From Eledone cirrhosa (taxonomy: Eukaryota), in NCBI GenBank assembly GCA_964016885.1, contig OZ024749.1, forward strand, positions 2,108,001 through 2,172,000: 64,000 nucleotides of DNA, given 5' to 3'. The translations under genes and the position numbers were made by a program. Positions within the stretch are counted from its first letter, which is position 1. Each line of letters opens with the position of its first letter. The notes beneath the pieces were generated by a model that saw only the letters and a list, made by a program, of their open reading frames with translations, was not told the DNA's origin and did no database searches. Positions 26,830-40,645 of the stretch are shown here, piece after piece.

Positions 26830-27405
26830 ATCATGTGTAAGCCTTCATACACCGGAATGATTGTTGACGTTTATTACCTCCCTTAAACTGTTTCAATTTG
26901 ACTAAATTTGTAAACATCTGGAACAAGAAGTGTGTTCCAGAAAGATGACATTTTGGATAGGAAGGATTAGACGTAGCAGTTTGAAGAAAATATGGTTGAA
27001 TGGGATGAGCAATACAAGAGACGGAGGAATGAAAGTAAATTCCAGAGGGTCGACATTCAATAAAACCCAGAAAGACTGTGGTAAAGAATTGATTCAGTTT
27101 AGTGAAGCGGAACAGAGGCGGCAGAGTGGGGTCCAGAATGTTGACATTACAGAGGTGGAGGAATGGAATTAATAGTACTGGATTTGAGGGATTGGACATA
27201 GCATAGGTGTTGGGAAGAAGGGACACAAGAGAATCAGGAGGGAGGCCGAATTAATGGGAAAAAGGAGTGGGTGGAGTGGTTACTTTGAGTTGTTGTAGGG
27301 GGACTGAAAATGGTTGATTAGTGTAGAAGAGACGATTAATTTGAAAGATTCCTGGAGTGTAGGTGGCATGAGAGCAGCTAGCGAGAAGTGATTACTGTGG
27401 TACGT
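26830..27405 (-). mobile_element. Degenerate LINE ORF2 3' end (CR1/L2/Crack-like)
   Basis: Minus strand SFLSKMSSFWNTL...LKQFK resembles the SF..R....WN.LP....L..FK terminal motif. Confidence 0.5.
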
Positions 27406-28789
27406 GAAGTATTTTCCTATATTATCTAACGTAAAGGGAAAAGGGCTGCCAAATCGGAATAGAAATAAAGATGAACGCCTGGAAACATTTAAGTAACGTA
27501 GCTTTGAACCACGACACCAAACAATTATGCTTTAATTGTAAGAAAAGAACCCATTATTAAATCAAGTTCCCATTGAATTTTAAACACTGTTTGCTATGAT
27601 TTGGCTTAATGGAAGTATTTCTTTTTATATAAATATGAATATTTTAGTTTTTAAAATTTAGTTGATTTGTTTTTTCTCCAAATTAAAATATAAAGGGATC
27701 TGTGTGAATTGGTAGGGGAAGATATCCTAACTTTTATTCCGATCACATATTAATTAGAAATTTCGCTTTAAGGGTCAATAACAGTCTTTTACTTAAATTC
27801 TTTGTTATTTACTCTGACATGAGATTTTTAATAACGAAATACAGGTTTTCCTTTCAATTAGCCGAGATAAAAGAACAGCAAAGAACACTTTAATAATGGC
27901 GACAGCAATACTATTATTGTAATATGGAGAATGGTAATGGTGAGGATAATGATGCTGATGATGGGCTTAAATATACTGATGATGATGATGATGACCAAGA
28001 TGGTGAAGCTGTTGAAATAATGCAGTCATATCAATGAGATCCTCCATAAGAAAAACTACATAAAACACCAGAATAACTGTAAATAATACACATAGCCACA
28101 CATACACACATTCTTATATACATATATACACATAGCCACACATACACACATTCATATATACATATATACACATAGCCAGACATACACACATTCATATATA
28201 CATATATACACATAGCCACACATACACACATTCATATGTACATATATACACATATCCACACATACACACATTCATATACATATATACACATAGCCACACA
28301 TATACACATAAGCACACATACACACATATACATGCTCACATATACATACACACATAACCACACATACACATATACACGCCCACATATACATTCATGTGGC
28401 AATACACACAACTATTCACACATATTTACATACACAGAGACGCCAGTAGAAACACACACTCATACACACACCTTCATACACACTACCGTCCATACACACA
28501 CACCTCCATACGCACACGTCCACACATGTCCATACACACACACGTCCATACACACACACACGTCCATAAACACACGTGTCCATACACACACACGTCCATA
28601 AACACACGTGTCCATACACATACGTGTCCATACACACACACCTCCATACACACATATCACAGTACACACACACCTCCACACACACGTCCACACACTTATC
28701 ATGATACACACACACACACGTCCACACACTTATCATGATACACACACACGTCCACACACATATCACGGTACACAACACACCTCCTTATA

Positions 28790-30392
28790 AACGAGGAGTG
28801 AAACAATGAAAAGGTACAACGGTCATGGATACTCCTGCTGTCCTTGGTCCTAGGGTCACCTTCCTACACACCACCATTGGCTTCTGCTGTCCTTGGCCCT
28901 AGGGTCACCTTCCTACTCACCACCATTGGCTTCTGCTGTCCTTGGCCCTAGGGTCACCTTCCTACACACCACTATTGGCTTCTGCTGTCCTTGGCCCTAG
29001 GGTCACCTTCCTACTCACCACCATTGGCTTCAGGTGTCTTTGACCCTAGGGTCACCTTCCTACACACCACCATTGGCTTCTGCTGTCCTTGGTCCTAGGG
29101 TCACCTTCCTACTCACCACCATTGGCTTCAGGTGTCTTTGACCCTAGGGTCACCTTCCTACACACCACCATTGGCTTCTGCTGTCCTTGGTCCTAGGGTC
29201 ACCTTCCTACTCACCACCATTGGCTTCAGGTGTCCTTGGCCCTAGGGTCACCTTCCTACTCACCACCATTGGCTTCAGGTGTCTTTGACCCTAGGGTCAC
29301 CTTCCTACACACCACTATTGGCTTCTGCTGTCCTTGGCCCTAGGGTCACCTTCCTACACACCACCATTGGCTTCTGCTGTCCTTGGTCCTAGGGTCACCT
29401 TCCTACTCACCACCATTGGCTTCTGCTGTCCTTGGTCCTAGGGTCACCTTCCTACTCACCACCATTGGCTTCTGCTGTCCTTGGTCCTAGGGTCACCTTC
29501 CTACTCACCACCATTGGCTTCTGCTGTCCTTGGTCCTAGGGTCACCTTCCTACACACCACCATTGGCTTCAGGTGTCCTTGGTCCTAGGGTCACCTTCCT
29601 ACACACCACCATTGGCTTCAGGTGTCTTTGACCCTAGGGTCACCTTCCTACTCACCACTATTGGCTTCTGCTGTCCTTGGTCCTAGGGTCACCTTCCTAC
29701 TCACCACCATTGGCTTCAGGTGTCTTTGACCCTAGGGTCACCTTCCTACTCACCACCATTGGCTTCAGGTGTCCTTGGTCCTAGGGTCACCTTCCTACAC
29801 ACCACCATTGGCTTCAGGTGTCTTTGACCCTAGGGTCACCTTCCTACTCACCACTATTGGCTTCTGCTGTCCTTGGTCCTAGGGTCACCTTCCTACTCAC
29901 CACCATTGGCTTCAGGTGTCCTTGACCCTAGGGTCACCTTCCTACACACCACCATTGGCTTCAGGTGTCCTTGGTCCTAGGGTCACCTTCCTACTCACCA
30001 CCATTGGCTTCAGGTGTCCTTGGTCCTAGGGTCACCTTCCTACTCACCACCATTGGCTTCAGGTGTCCTTGGCCCTAGGGTCACCTTCCTACACACCACC
30101 ATTGGCTTCAGGTGTCCTTGGTCCTAGGGTCACCTTCCTACAGACCACCATTGGCTTCAGGTGTCCTTGGCCCTAGGGTCACCTCCCTACTCACCAGCAT
30201 CGTCATCTGGTGTACTCGGCCCTAGGACCACCTCCCTACACACCAGCACTGGCACGGAGTTGGCTACACGCAGCTGTGAATGGCTCTTCCAACCCGTCTA
30301 TCTCCCTCACCGTCCTCCGGGGAAACGCCTTCTGTAGTTTGTCCACCGGGATCACGGGGAGGTCAGTGTGTTGGTCCCCGTTTGTATATAAG
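28790..30392 (+). mobile_element. CRE-like RLE fragment expanded internally by a minisatellite
   Basis: Flanks read VMDTPAVLG and VLGPRTTSL..GTELA..EWLFQ..SLTVLRGNA, homologous to the element at about 13400-13600 (-). Confidence 0.7.
28836..30200. repeat. 49-bp minisatellite, ~28 copies
   Basis: GTCCTTGG at 28840, 28889, 28938 and onward; unit GTCCTTGGYCCTAGGGTCACCTTCCTACWCACCACCATTGGCTTC(TGCT/AGGT). Confidence 0.95.
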
Positions 30393-30809
30393 TGAGAGAT
30401 GAGGAGAGCAAAATATATGAAAAGAGGGAGTGAAAAAGAGAGAACATCAACACACGCACACACACACTTGATAAGACAAAGAGTTGAGACCCACAGACCT
30501 ACCCAATATGTGTAGTCAAATTGAAAGGTTATACCGAGAAACAATCTGTCAACCCGACGACTAACCAGCGAACTAGCCAACCAGACAAACTGGTGCCTTA
30601 AAAAAGCAACACCAAAATTCACCACGGAGCATACCAAGGAATCGAAATAACAGAAGGAAGCTTTATTCCATATTTCTGTTTTTCTTTTTTCCTGTTCAAA
30701 TACTAGCTGTCTGATGAGGTCATAGCTGTTGCATAACGGTTATCGGTTATTAGCTAAATATAGATTCACGTCTGTAACGAGGTGTGGGGCTACACAGAGT
30801 GTTAATATA

Positions 30810-30985
30810 ATAATTGTTTCTACATTTGGCACAAAGCCAGCAATTACCCAGCATATTACTGGTAGTTTATTTAATCGAGCCCGTAAAGATGAAACGCAAA
30901 GTTAACCTCGGCGGGATTTGAACTCAGATCGTAAAGGGGCGTAACTACCTTGGAAAGCATGTCCAAACCACTACCGATACTGCCA
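30810..30985 (-). mobile_element. SINE family A
   Basis: Reverse-complement core. Confidence 0.8.
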
Positions 30986-31175
30986 TAATACAACGATGAT
31001 TGGTTATGTCTCCATTGCGTATATTGATTGGTGCGCGTTTCGCTATTGATCAGCTCAAGGTTCGATCCGTATTGATCTGGCCTGACTCTGGAATCAAAAG
31101 CTCGTGAAACCTCTGCTGTCACTTCCACAGCAGAGGTCCGACGTACTATTATATATATATATATCATTTCTGATT

Positions 31176-31870
31176 ATGTACTCTCGCTACGTTGATGATA
31201 TAAACATCGTAGTAAAAACACCTCCACTAGAGAACAGTCATGAATTAGAGAAAAACACCATGGAAAGCATCCAGCAAATAGCTAACTCCATCCACCAGAG
31301 TATTAGAGTTACTATAGACTACCCAAGCAAACACCCCAACCATCGATTACCTGTACTAGACACAGACCTCTGGTTAGAAACCATTAATAAGAAAAAAACA
31401 AATCCTCCATTCCCATTATGCCAAACCCATGACTTCCAAATACCTGATCCACCGAAACTCAGCTGTTTCGGATCACACTAAAATCAACATACTGATTGTG
31501 GATTTAGTAAGGGTGATGAGGAATGTGTCTCGCATGTGCAACCCCGAAGAACTAGAGAAACACATACAACACTTCATCCATCGTATGCAGTTCTCTGGTT
31601 ACAATCAAAGAGTTAAAATCAGAGTATATACAGGAGCCAGAACCAAATGGGAAAAAAATGGTAAATAATGATACAAATGGGACCTGCCCCTTTTATAGGA
31701 GCAAATTTTGGAATAGAATAAAAAGAACTAGGATTAAGGTTAATAAAATAAACTCATGGTATGATAGCAATAAATACCAGAGTGTAATGTTCATCGATAC
31801 AATCCCTAGAGGTGAACCAGCTTACACATTTAGAAGGGCACTAGATAAACATAGACTTAATAATAAGATA
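31176..31870 (+). mobile_element. Penelope-like element, RT C-terminal/thumb region (5' part, frameshifted)
   Basis: SRYVDDI catalytic motif, LPVLD, Y.KPM...I...SA.....K..IL, SGY; frameshifts at poly-A runs. Confidence 0.85.
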
Positions 31871-32901
31871 TGTTTCTTTTATTTGCCACCAGGGCATCAA
31901 AAGTGGGACAAGTACAATGGGGGGAGTTTACAAAACAAGGCGTCCTCAATAAGGAGGAGGCAATAACAATATATAAAAATAAAATAAAATATAACAAAAA
32001 ATAAAATTTATAACAAAGTCCTCAATAGAGAGGAGGCGCCTTGGGGGGTCGCACACACCCCCGAAAAAAGTGTGCAACCCTTCTCCTCAGGAGCACAGAG
32101 AAGGGGTGCTCCCTTGGTCTTTCATCTTCCTCACCTATAGTCTAATGTAGAGTGAAGGCCCATTCACACGGGCCATTCTCGCCACTTTCACCCATCTTTC
32201 ATAGAAACGGCTGGGGTGCAGCACCTCTCTCTCCATCCTGATCCTTCTTCCGAAATGATATCGGAAGAAACGGACCAGTTGTTGGCCAGAGAGAAAGGTG
32301 TCTGACCTCAGTCCTTTCAGACGCGTCCACCACACAACCTCTTTCGCCATGGCTATTACGCACAGAAACACCGCCTCTTCTTCGTTTTTGAAGAGGGGAG
32401 GCGGCTTGATCGTTACAATAGACTCGGTGGTCAACCGGATTGGTCCCAACCTTGACAGCAGTTGTTCGACATAGCCCCACAGATCGGCTACGCCCGAGCA
32501 GTGTACCAATGCGTGTGCAACGGTTTCCTCGTCGCACACGCATCTGGGACAGATCTTTTTCGATGGGTCCCTACCCGGGCACCCGTGTCTGTAGAGCCTT
32601 TCTCGAACGGGCAGAGCCCTTCTGTAGCATTGCCAGGCCAGGGACCTCTGGAAGTTATCCATGGGTCCCGGGCTGAATGTCCTACCGAACAGGTTGGCCA
32701 GTTCGTCTTCCTCCATGCCTAGGGCTTCTCCGAGGGCGTCGTCGCACCTGCTAACCACCAGCCCTCTATAGAATGACGAGGTGGATTCTCCACTGACAGC
32801 CGGGTCCGCCTGCCAGAGAGCCGTGAGTGCCTGGGCACACTCGGTGTGCCAGGCGCCCAGTTTTCTCGGTCTTTGCTTGACCCAGGATTGCAGCTCGGTG
32901 A
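31871..32901 (-). mobile_element. L1/Tx1-clade LINE 3' fragment (zf-RVT region + 3' UTR) inserted in the PLE
   Basis: ORF 32135-32932: LAWQCYRRALPVRERL...CPRC...ETVAHALVHC...LW; AATAAA on the minus strand at 31878-31883. Confidence 0.85.
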
Positions 32902-33410
32902 GTAGAAAGACCAGGTACCTCCATAAAAACACTTATTAGCAAAACATACCCTTTCCAAAGACCTCCCTGTATAGATAGGAAATGCATAATCTGTAAGCTA
33001 AGCCCCCATATTAACTGCAAAACTAGAAACATAGTATATAGCATAAGATGTACTGAGGGACAATGTAAAAATAAGAATATAGTGTACATAGGTGAGACAG
33101 CTCGTAGCATATGAGAACGGTTAAATGAACACTGGCGAGAACTCCTAGATAGAAAAGACTCATCAGTACTCCACCAACATGCTAAAATAGAACATAAGGG
33201 CAAATTAGAGAACATAGAGATAAAAATAGAATCTACACACAGAAAAGACGCAATATTTAGACAAATCTCAGAGGCAATAATCATTAATTGTTTCTACTTT
33301 TGGCACAAGGCCAGCAACTACCCAGTGTATTACTGGTACTTTATTTTATCGACAATAAACATTAATGAACTGTAACCATATTTAAATAGAAAACATGAAA
33401 GGAATAGCAA
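32902..33410 (+). mobile_element. Penelope-like element, GIY-YIG endonuclease region (3' part)
   Basis: Manual translation VERPGTSIK...C...C..C...NCKTRNIVYSIRC...VYIGETARSI*ERLNEH...H...H...RQISEAIIIN/EL*PYLNRKHE. Confidence 0.88.
33289..33352 (-). mobile_element. Short SINE family A 3' fragment with 14-bp target-site duplication
   Basis: Flanked by CAATAATCATTAAT (33275-33288) and CAATAAACATTAAT (33353-33366). Confidence 0.8.
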
Positions 33411-34254
33411 CATCACAACTTATAATTAAGGACAAAACGAAAACACACACACATAGAACAAACAACTAACTAGTAACATGTAAACAAACAAACAAATAAA
33501 CAAATAAATAAACAAATAAAAACACACACAGACACCAGGATGTAACACATGCGCAAACTAAGCACACAACGCACACACAAAAACAAGATGGCGTAGGAGA
33601 GAACAAAGGAGAGGCACAAAACAAAGAAAATAATCCCCAGTCACTGAACAGGTCACAGAATGCGTGTGGAAAGAACTTTGATAATATATGAACAACCATC
33701 CGGTCGTGGAACCAACCAACCAACCGGAAATTTATAAAATTTTATATTTTTAAAATTTATAAAATTTTTATACGAACTAATATCTCTACATTAAAACATA
33801 GGGTTTTTAAATTTTGCCTCGCCTATGTCTGGTTACTTTTCATTTTTCTCTCTATATAACGGCTGTTTTCTTTCCTAACCACATATATCTCCCTTACATT
33901 AATACTAGAGCTAAATAAATAAATAAATAAATAAATGTATCATTGATACGTCATGCAACTACCTACTTTTCTCTATATATATCTATCTCTATCTATTTCC
34001 TCTCTCTATATATCTCTCTCTGTTTCTTTACATGAAGTTCTTCTCTTTATCTATCTTTCCATCTCTCTATTTTGTTGCATGCATTTCTTCTTTTTTCTTT
34101 TTTCTTCTTTTTCTTCGTTTTCTTTCTTTCTTTCCTTCTTTCTTTCTTTCTTTCTTTCTGTTTACAATTTTTCACTGCCAAATCAACTTTTTCAAATACA
34201 AGTCGATGTTGAACGGTATGTCAAATCTATTTATCTATAAAACTGTCTATATTG

Positions 34255-34320
34255 TATTTTGTCTGAAGAAGGCATAACATATTGTTAATATGATATCCCT
34301 GAAATATATATAATGAAATA
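34255..34320 (+). ncRNA. Type-I hammerhead ribozyme motif (HHR3)
   Basis: Stem I TATTTTGT/ATGAAATA; CTGAAGA 34263-34269; stem II base AGG/CCT; GAAA 34301-34304; TATATA; TA cleavage site at 34311-34312. Confidence 0.8.
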
Positions 34321-34447
34321 GATATGGTTTTATAAATATAGTTTCCATTTATTTAATATCGTAAATATACTCCAAATACTTGTTGAGTGCTTTTATATCA
34401 GTTATAAATATTTACTAGTTGTAACCCAACAATTTAAATATAACTTT

Positions 34448-34480
<33 letters not shown>

Positions 34481-34600
34481 TATGTATACGTACATACATA
34501 TATGTATACAGACGTACAGTAGTATGTATATATATATACATACATAAATAAGTAACAGCCGTACTAAGAGTGGGAAATGAAATTTCGTTTCATTTTTTCC

Positions 34601-34682
<82 letters not shown>

Positions 34683-34814
34683 ATACATACATATATTGCT
34701 CCTTATACAGAAGCCAACGTAGCTTACAGGATCATTTCTAGGGGAAACACAATTCATCAAGCAGATTTTAGCTACATAGACCCACCTGTTGAAGAAATCA
34801 CTAGTAATTATTTT

Positions 34815-34995
34815 TTATTTAGGCACAAGGCCAGCAATTTGAAAGGAAACGGAAAGTGGATTAAATCTACCCTAGTGCATTACTGGTATTTTATTTACTC
34901 GTAACTATGAAAGGCAAAGCTAATCGCGGCGAGATTAACTTAGAACGTAAAATGTCGTAACTCTATGTTGCCCGGTTCTCTACGGATACTGCCAA
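34815..34995 (-). mobile_element. SINE family A, diverged
   Basis: GGCACAAGGCCAGCAATT...TGAAAGGCAAAG. Confidence 0.72.
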
Positions 34996-35410
34996 ATAAC
35001 CTCCATGCTACTACTACTATTACCACCACCACTACTATTATTAATGCTACTACTATTACTACTACAACAGCTACTACTACTACTACTATTACCACCACCA
35101 ACCCTACTACTACTACTACTACTACTACTACTAAAAATAATAATAATAATAATAATAATGATGATGATGATGGTGGTGGTGATCAGTTTTTACCAGAAAC
35201 GCTACGGATGAGCGGATATTATACGGATTAATTATAAAACCCATTGGAGTGTATTTTATAGAAATGGCGATGAAGAGGCAGGTGATAATAAATTACTACC
35301 GCCATTACTCCTGATAACAATCACCTTCAGAATGAAAATATTAGTAACAATTAGAAATAGAAATATCAATATTTTCATTCTTTTTACGGTTCTTCAGATA
35401 TTAAATATTA

Positions 35411-38400
35411 TTGTTGTTAATTACATTAATACCAGTATTGTTATTTACACTAATACTAATATTGTTATTTACACTAATACCTGTATTGTTATTTACACTA
35501 ATACCAGTATTGTTATTTACACTAATACCTGTATTGTTATTTACACTAATACCAGTATTGTTAATTACATTAATACCAGTATTGTTATTTACACTAATAC
35601 TAATATTGTTATTTACACTAATACTAATATTGTTATTTACACTAATACCTGTATTGTTATTTACACTAATACCAGTATTGTTATTTACACTAATACCTGT
35701 ATTGTTATTTACACTAATACCAGTATTGTTAATTACATTAATACCAGTATTGTTATTTACACTAATACTAATATTGTTATTTACACTAATACTAATATTG
35801 TTATTTACACTAATACCTGTATTGTTATTTACACTAATACCAGTATTGTTATTTACACTAATACCTGTATTGTTATTTACACTAATGCCAGTATTGTTAT
35901 TTACACTAATACCAATATTGTTATTTACACTAATACTAATATTGTTATTTACACTAATACCTGTATTGTTATTTACACTAATACCAGTATTGTTATTTAC
36001 ACTAATACCTGTATTGTTATTTACACTAATGCCAGTATTGTTATTTACACTAATACCAATATTGTTATTTACACTAATACCAATATTGTTATTTACACTA
36101 ATACCAGTATTGTTAGTTACACTAATACCAGTATTGTTATTTACACTAATACCAGTATTGTTATTTACACTAATACCTGTATTGTTATTTACACTAATAC
36201 CAGTATTGTTATTTCCTCTAATGCCAGTATTGTTATTTACACTAATACCTGTACTGTTATTTACACTAATACCAATATTGTTATTTACACTAATACCAGT
36301 ATTGTTATTTACACTAATGCCAATATTGTTATTTACACTAATGCCACTATTGTTATTTACACTAATGCCAGTATTGTTATTTACACTAATGCCAGTATTG
36401 TTATTTACACTAATACCTCTATTGTTATTGACACTAATACCACTATTGTTATTTACACTAATACCAGTATTGTTATTTACAGTAATACCAGCATTATTAT
36501 TTACACTAATACCAATATTGTTATTTACACTAATACCAGTATTGTTATTTACACTAATACCAGTATTGTTATTTACACTAATGCCAGTATTGTTATTTAC
36601 ACTAATACCAGTATTGTTAATTACACTAATACCAGTATTGTTAATTACACTAATACCAGTATTGTTAATTACACTAATACCAGTATTGTTATTTACACTA
36701 ATACCAGTAGTGTTATTTACACTAATACCAGTATTGTTATTTACACTAATGCCAGTATTGTTATTTACACTAATACCAGTATTGTTATTTACACTAATAC
36801 CAGTATTGTTATTTACACTAATACCACTATTGTTATTTACACTAATACCAGTATTGTTATTTACACTAATACCTGTATTGTTATTTACACTAATACCACT
36901 ATTGTTATTTACAATAATACCACTATTGTTATTTACACTAATACCAGTATTGTTATTTACACTAATACCAGTATTGTTATTTACACTAATGCCAGTATTG
37001 TTATTTACACTAATACCTGTATTGTTATTTACACTAATACCACTATTGTTATTTACACTAATACCACTATTGTTATTTACACTAATACCAGTATTGTTAT
37101 TTACACTAATACCACTATTGTTATTTACACTAATACCAGTATTGTTATTTACACTAATACCAGTATTGTTATTTACACTAATACCAGTATTGTTATTTCC
37201 TCTAATGCCAGTATTGTTATTTACACTAATACCTGTACTGTTATTTACACTAATAGCAATATTGTTATTTACACTAATACCAGTATTGTTATTTACACTA
37301 ATGCCAGTATTGTTATTTACACTAATGCCACTATTGTTATTTACACTAATGCCAGTATTGTTATTTACACTAATTCCAGTATTGTTATTTACACTAATAC
37401 CTCTATTGTTATTTACACTAATACCACTATTGTTATTTACACTAATACCAGTATTGTTATTTACAGTAATACCAGCATTATTATTTACACTAATACCAAT
37501 ATTGTTATTTACACTAATACCAGTATTGTTATTTACACTAATACCAGTATTGTTATTTACACTAATACCAGTATTGTTATTTACACTAATGCCAGTATTG
37601 TTATTTACACTAATACCTGTATTGTTATTTACACTAATACCAGTAGTGTTATTCACACTAATGCCAGTATTGTTATTTACACTAATACCAGTATTGTTAT
37701 TTACACTAATACCAGTATTGTTATTTACACTAATACCTGTATTTTTATTTACACTAATACCACTATTGTTATTTACACTAATACCACTATTGTTATTTAC
37801 ACTAATACCAGTATTGTTATTTACACTAATACCTGTATTGTTATTTACACTAATACCACTATTGTTATTTACACTAATACCACTATTGTTATTTACACTA
37901 ATACCACTATTGTTATTTACACTAATACCACTATTGTTATTTATACTAATACCAGTAGTGTTATTCACACTAATACCAATATTGTTATTTACACTAATAC
38001 CAGTATTGTTATTTACACTAATACCAGTATTGTTATTTACACTAATACCTGTATTGTTATTTACACTAATACCAGTATTGTTATTTACACTAATGCCAGT
38101 ATTGTTATTTACACTAATACCAGTATTGTTATTTACACTAATACCTGTATTGTTATTTACACTAATACCACTATTGTTATTTACACTAATACCTGTATTG
38201 TTATTTACACTAATACCACTATTGTTATTTACACTAATACCAGTATTGTTATTTACACTAATACCAGTATTGTTATTTACACTAATACCACTATTGTTAT
38301 TTACACTAATAACACTATTGTTATTTACACTAATACCAGTATTGTTAATTACACTAATACCAGTATTGTTATTTACACTAATAACACTATTGTTATTTAC

Positions 38401-40385
38401 ACTAATACCAGTATTGTTATTTACACTAATACCAGTAGTTTTATTCACACTAAAACCAGTAGTGTTATTTACACTAATAACACTATTGTTATTTACACTA
38501 ATACCAGTATTGTTATTTACACTAATACCAGCAGTGTTATTCACACTAATACCAGTAGTGTTATTTACACTAATACCAGTATTGTTATTTACACTAATAC
38601 CTGTATTGTTATTTACACTAATACCAGTATTGTTATTTACACTAATACCAGTATTGTTATTTACACTAATGCCAGTATTGTTACTTACACTAATACCAGT
38701 ATTGTTATTTACACTAATACCAGTATTGTTACTTACACTAATACCAGTATTGTTATTTACACTAATACCAGTATTGTTATTTACACTAATACCAGTATTG
38801 TTATTTACACTAATACCAGTATTGTTATTTACACTAATACCAGTATTGTTATTTACACTAATACCAGTATTGTTATTTACACTAATACCAATATTGTTAT
38901 TTACACTAATACCACTATTGTTATTTACACTAATACCAGTATTGTTATTACACTAATACCACTATTGTTATTTACACTAATGCCAGTATTGTTATTTACA
39001 CTAATACCTGTATTGTTATTACACTAATGCCAGTATTGTTATTTACACGAATACCAGTAGTGTTATTCACACTAATACCAGTATTGTTATTTACACTAAT
39101 GCCAGTATTATTATTTACACTAATACCAGTATTGTTATTTACACTAATACCTGTATTGTTATTTACACTAATGCCACTATTGTTATTTACACTAATGCCA
39201 GTATTGTTATTTACACTAATGCCTGTATTATTATTTACACTAATGCCACTATTTTTATTTACACTAATACCAGTATTGTTATTTACACTAATGCCAGTAT
39301 TGTTATTTACACTAATACCTGTATTATTATTTACACTAATGCCACTATTGTTATTTACACTAATACCAGTATTGTTATTTACACTAATACCTGTATTGTT
39401 ATTTACACTAATGCCACTATTGTTATTTACACTAATGCCAGTATTGTTATTTACACTAATACCTGTATTATTATTTACACTAATGCCACTATTTTTATTT
39501 ACACTAATACCAGTATTGTTATTTACACTAATGCCAGTATTGTTATTTACACTAATACCTGTATTATTATTTACACTAATGCCACTATTGTTATTTACAC
39601 TAATACCAGTATTGTTATTTAGACTAATACCTGTATTGTTATTTACACTAATGCCACTATTGTTATTTACACTAATGCCAGTATTGTTATTTACACTAAT
39701 ACCTGTATTATTATTTACACTAATGCCACTATTTTTATTTACACTAATACCAGTATTGTTATTTACACTAATGCCAGTATTGTTATTTACACTAATACCT
39801 GTATTATTATTTACACTAATGCCACTATTGTTATTTACACTAATACCAGTATTGTTATTTACACTAATGCCAGTATTGTTATTTACACTAATACCTGTAT
39901 TATTATTTACACTAATGCCACTATTGTTATTTACACTAATGCCAGTATTGTTATTTACACTAATACCTGTATTATTATTTACACTAATGCCACTATTTTT
40001 ATTTACACTAATACCAGTATTGTTATTTACACTAATGCCAGTATTGTTATTTACACTAATACCTGTATTATTATTTACACTAATGCCACTATTGTTATTT
40101 ACACTAATACCAGTATTGTTATTTACACTAATGCCAGTATTGTTATTTACACTAATACCTGTATTATTATTTACACTAATGCCACTATTGTTATTTACAC
40201 TAATGCCAGTATTATTATTTACACTAATGCCAGTATTGTTATTTACACTAATGCCAGTATTATTATTTACACTAATGCCAGTATTGTTATTTACACTAAT
40301 GCCAGTATTATTATTTACACTAATACCAGTATTATTATTTACACTAATACCAGTATTGTTATTTACACTAATACCAGTAGTGTTA
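35411..40385. repeat. 24-bp satellite array, ~205 copies (ACTAATACCAGTATTGTTATTTAC)
   Basis: Continuous 24-bp period; two single-base deletions near 38950 and 39020 shift the phase. Confidence 0.97.
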
Positions 40386-40436
40386 AAGTTATAATAATAA
40401 TATTATATAGTAATAGCGTTTTTAATAGAAATAAAT

Positions 40437-40645
40437 ATGGTTTCTGATTTAGGCACAATGTCAGCAATTTGTGGGAGGGCAATGTCGATTTAAACCACCC
40501 AAGGTGTTACTGTTACTTTAATGTATCAACCCCATAAGGATGAAAGGCAAGGCTAACCACGCCAGGATTTTAACTCCGAACGCAAAGGGCCGTAACTCTA
40601 TGCTGCGAAGCAAGTTGTCCGACGCTCTACCGATACTACTAATTC
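40437..40645 (-). mobile_element. SINE family A
   Basis: Reverse-complement core. Confidence 0.78.

Noticed and set aside
35332-40394. ORFs of 1231, 1181, 1047 and 455 aa (IVIYTNTS, GISVNNNT and LLFTLIPV repeats)
   Set aside because: Three frames on two strands are open at once over a 24-bp satellite, there is no unique domain, and indels break the frame; a repeat artefact
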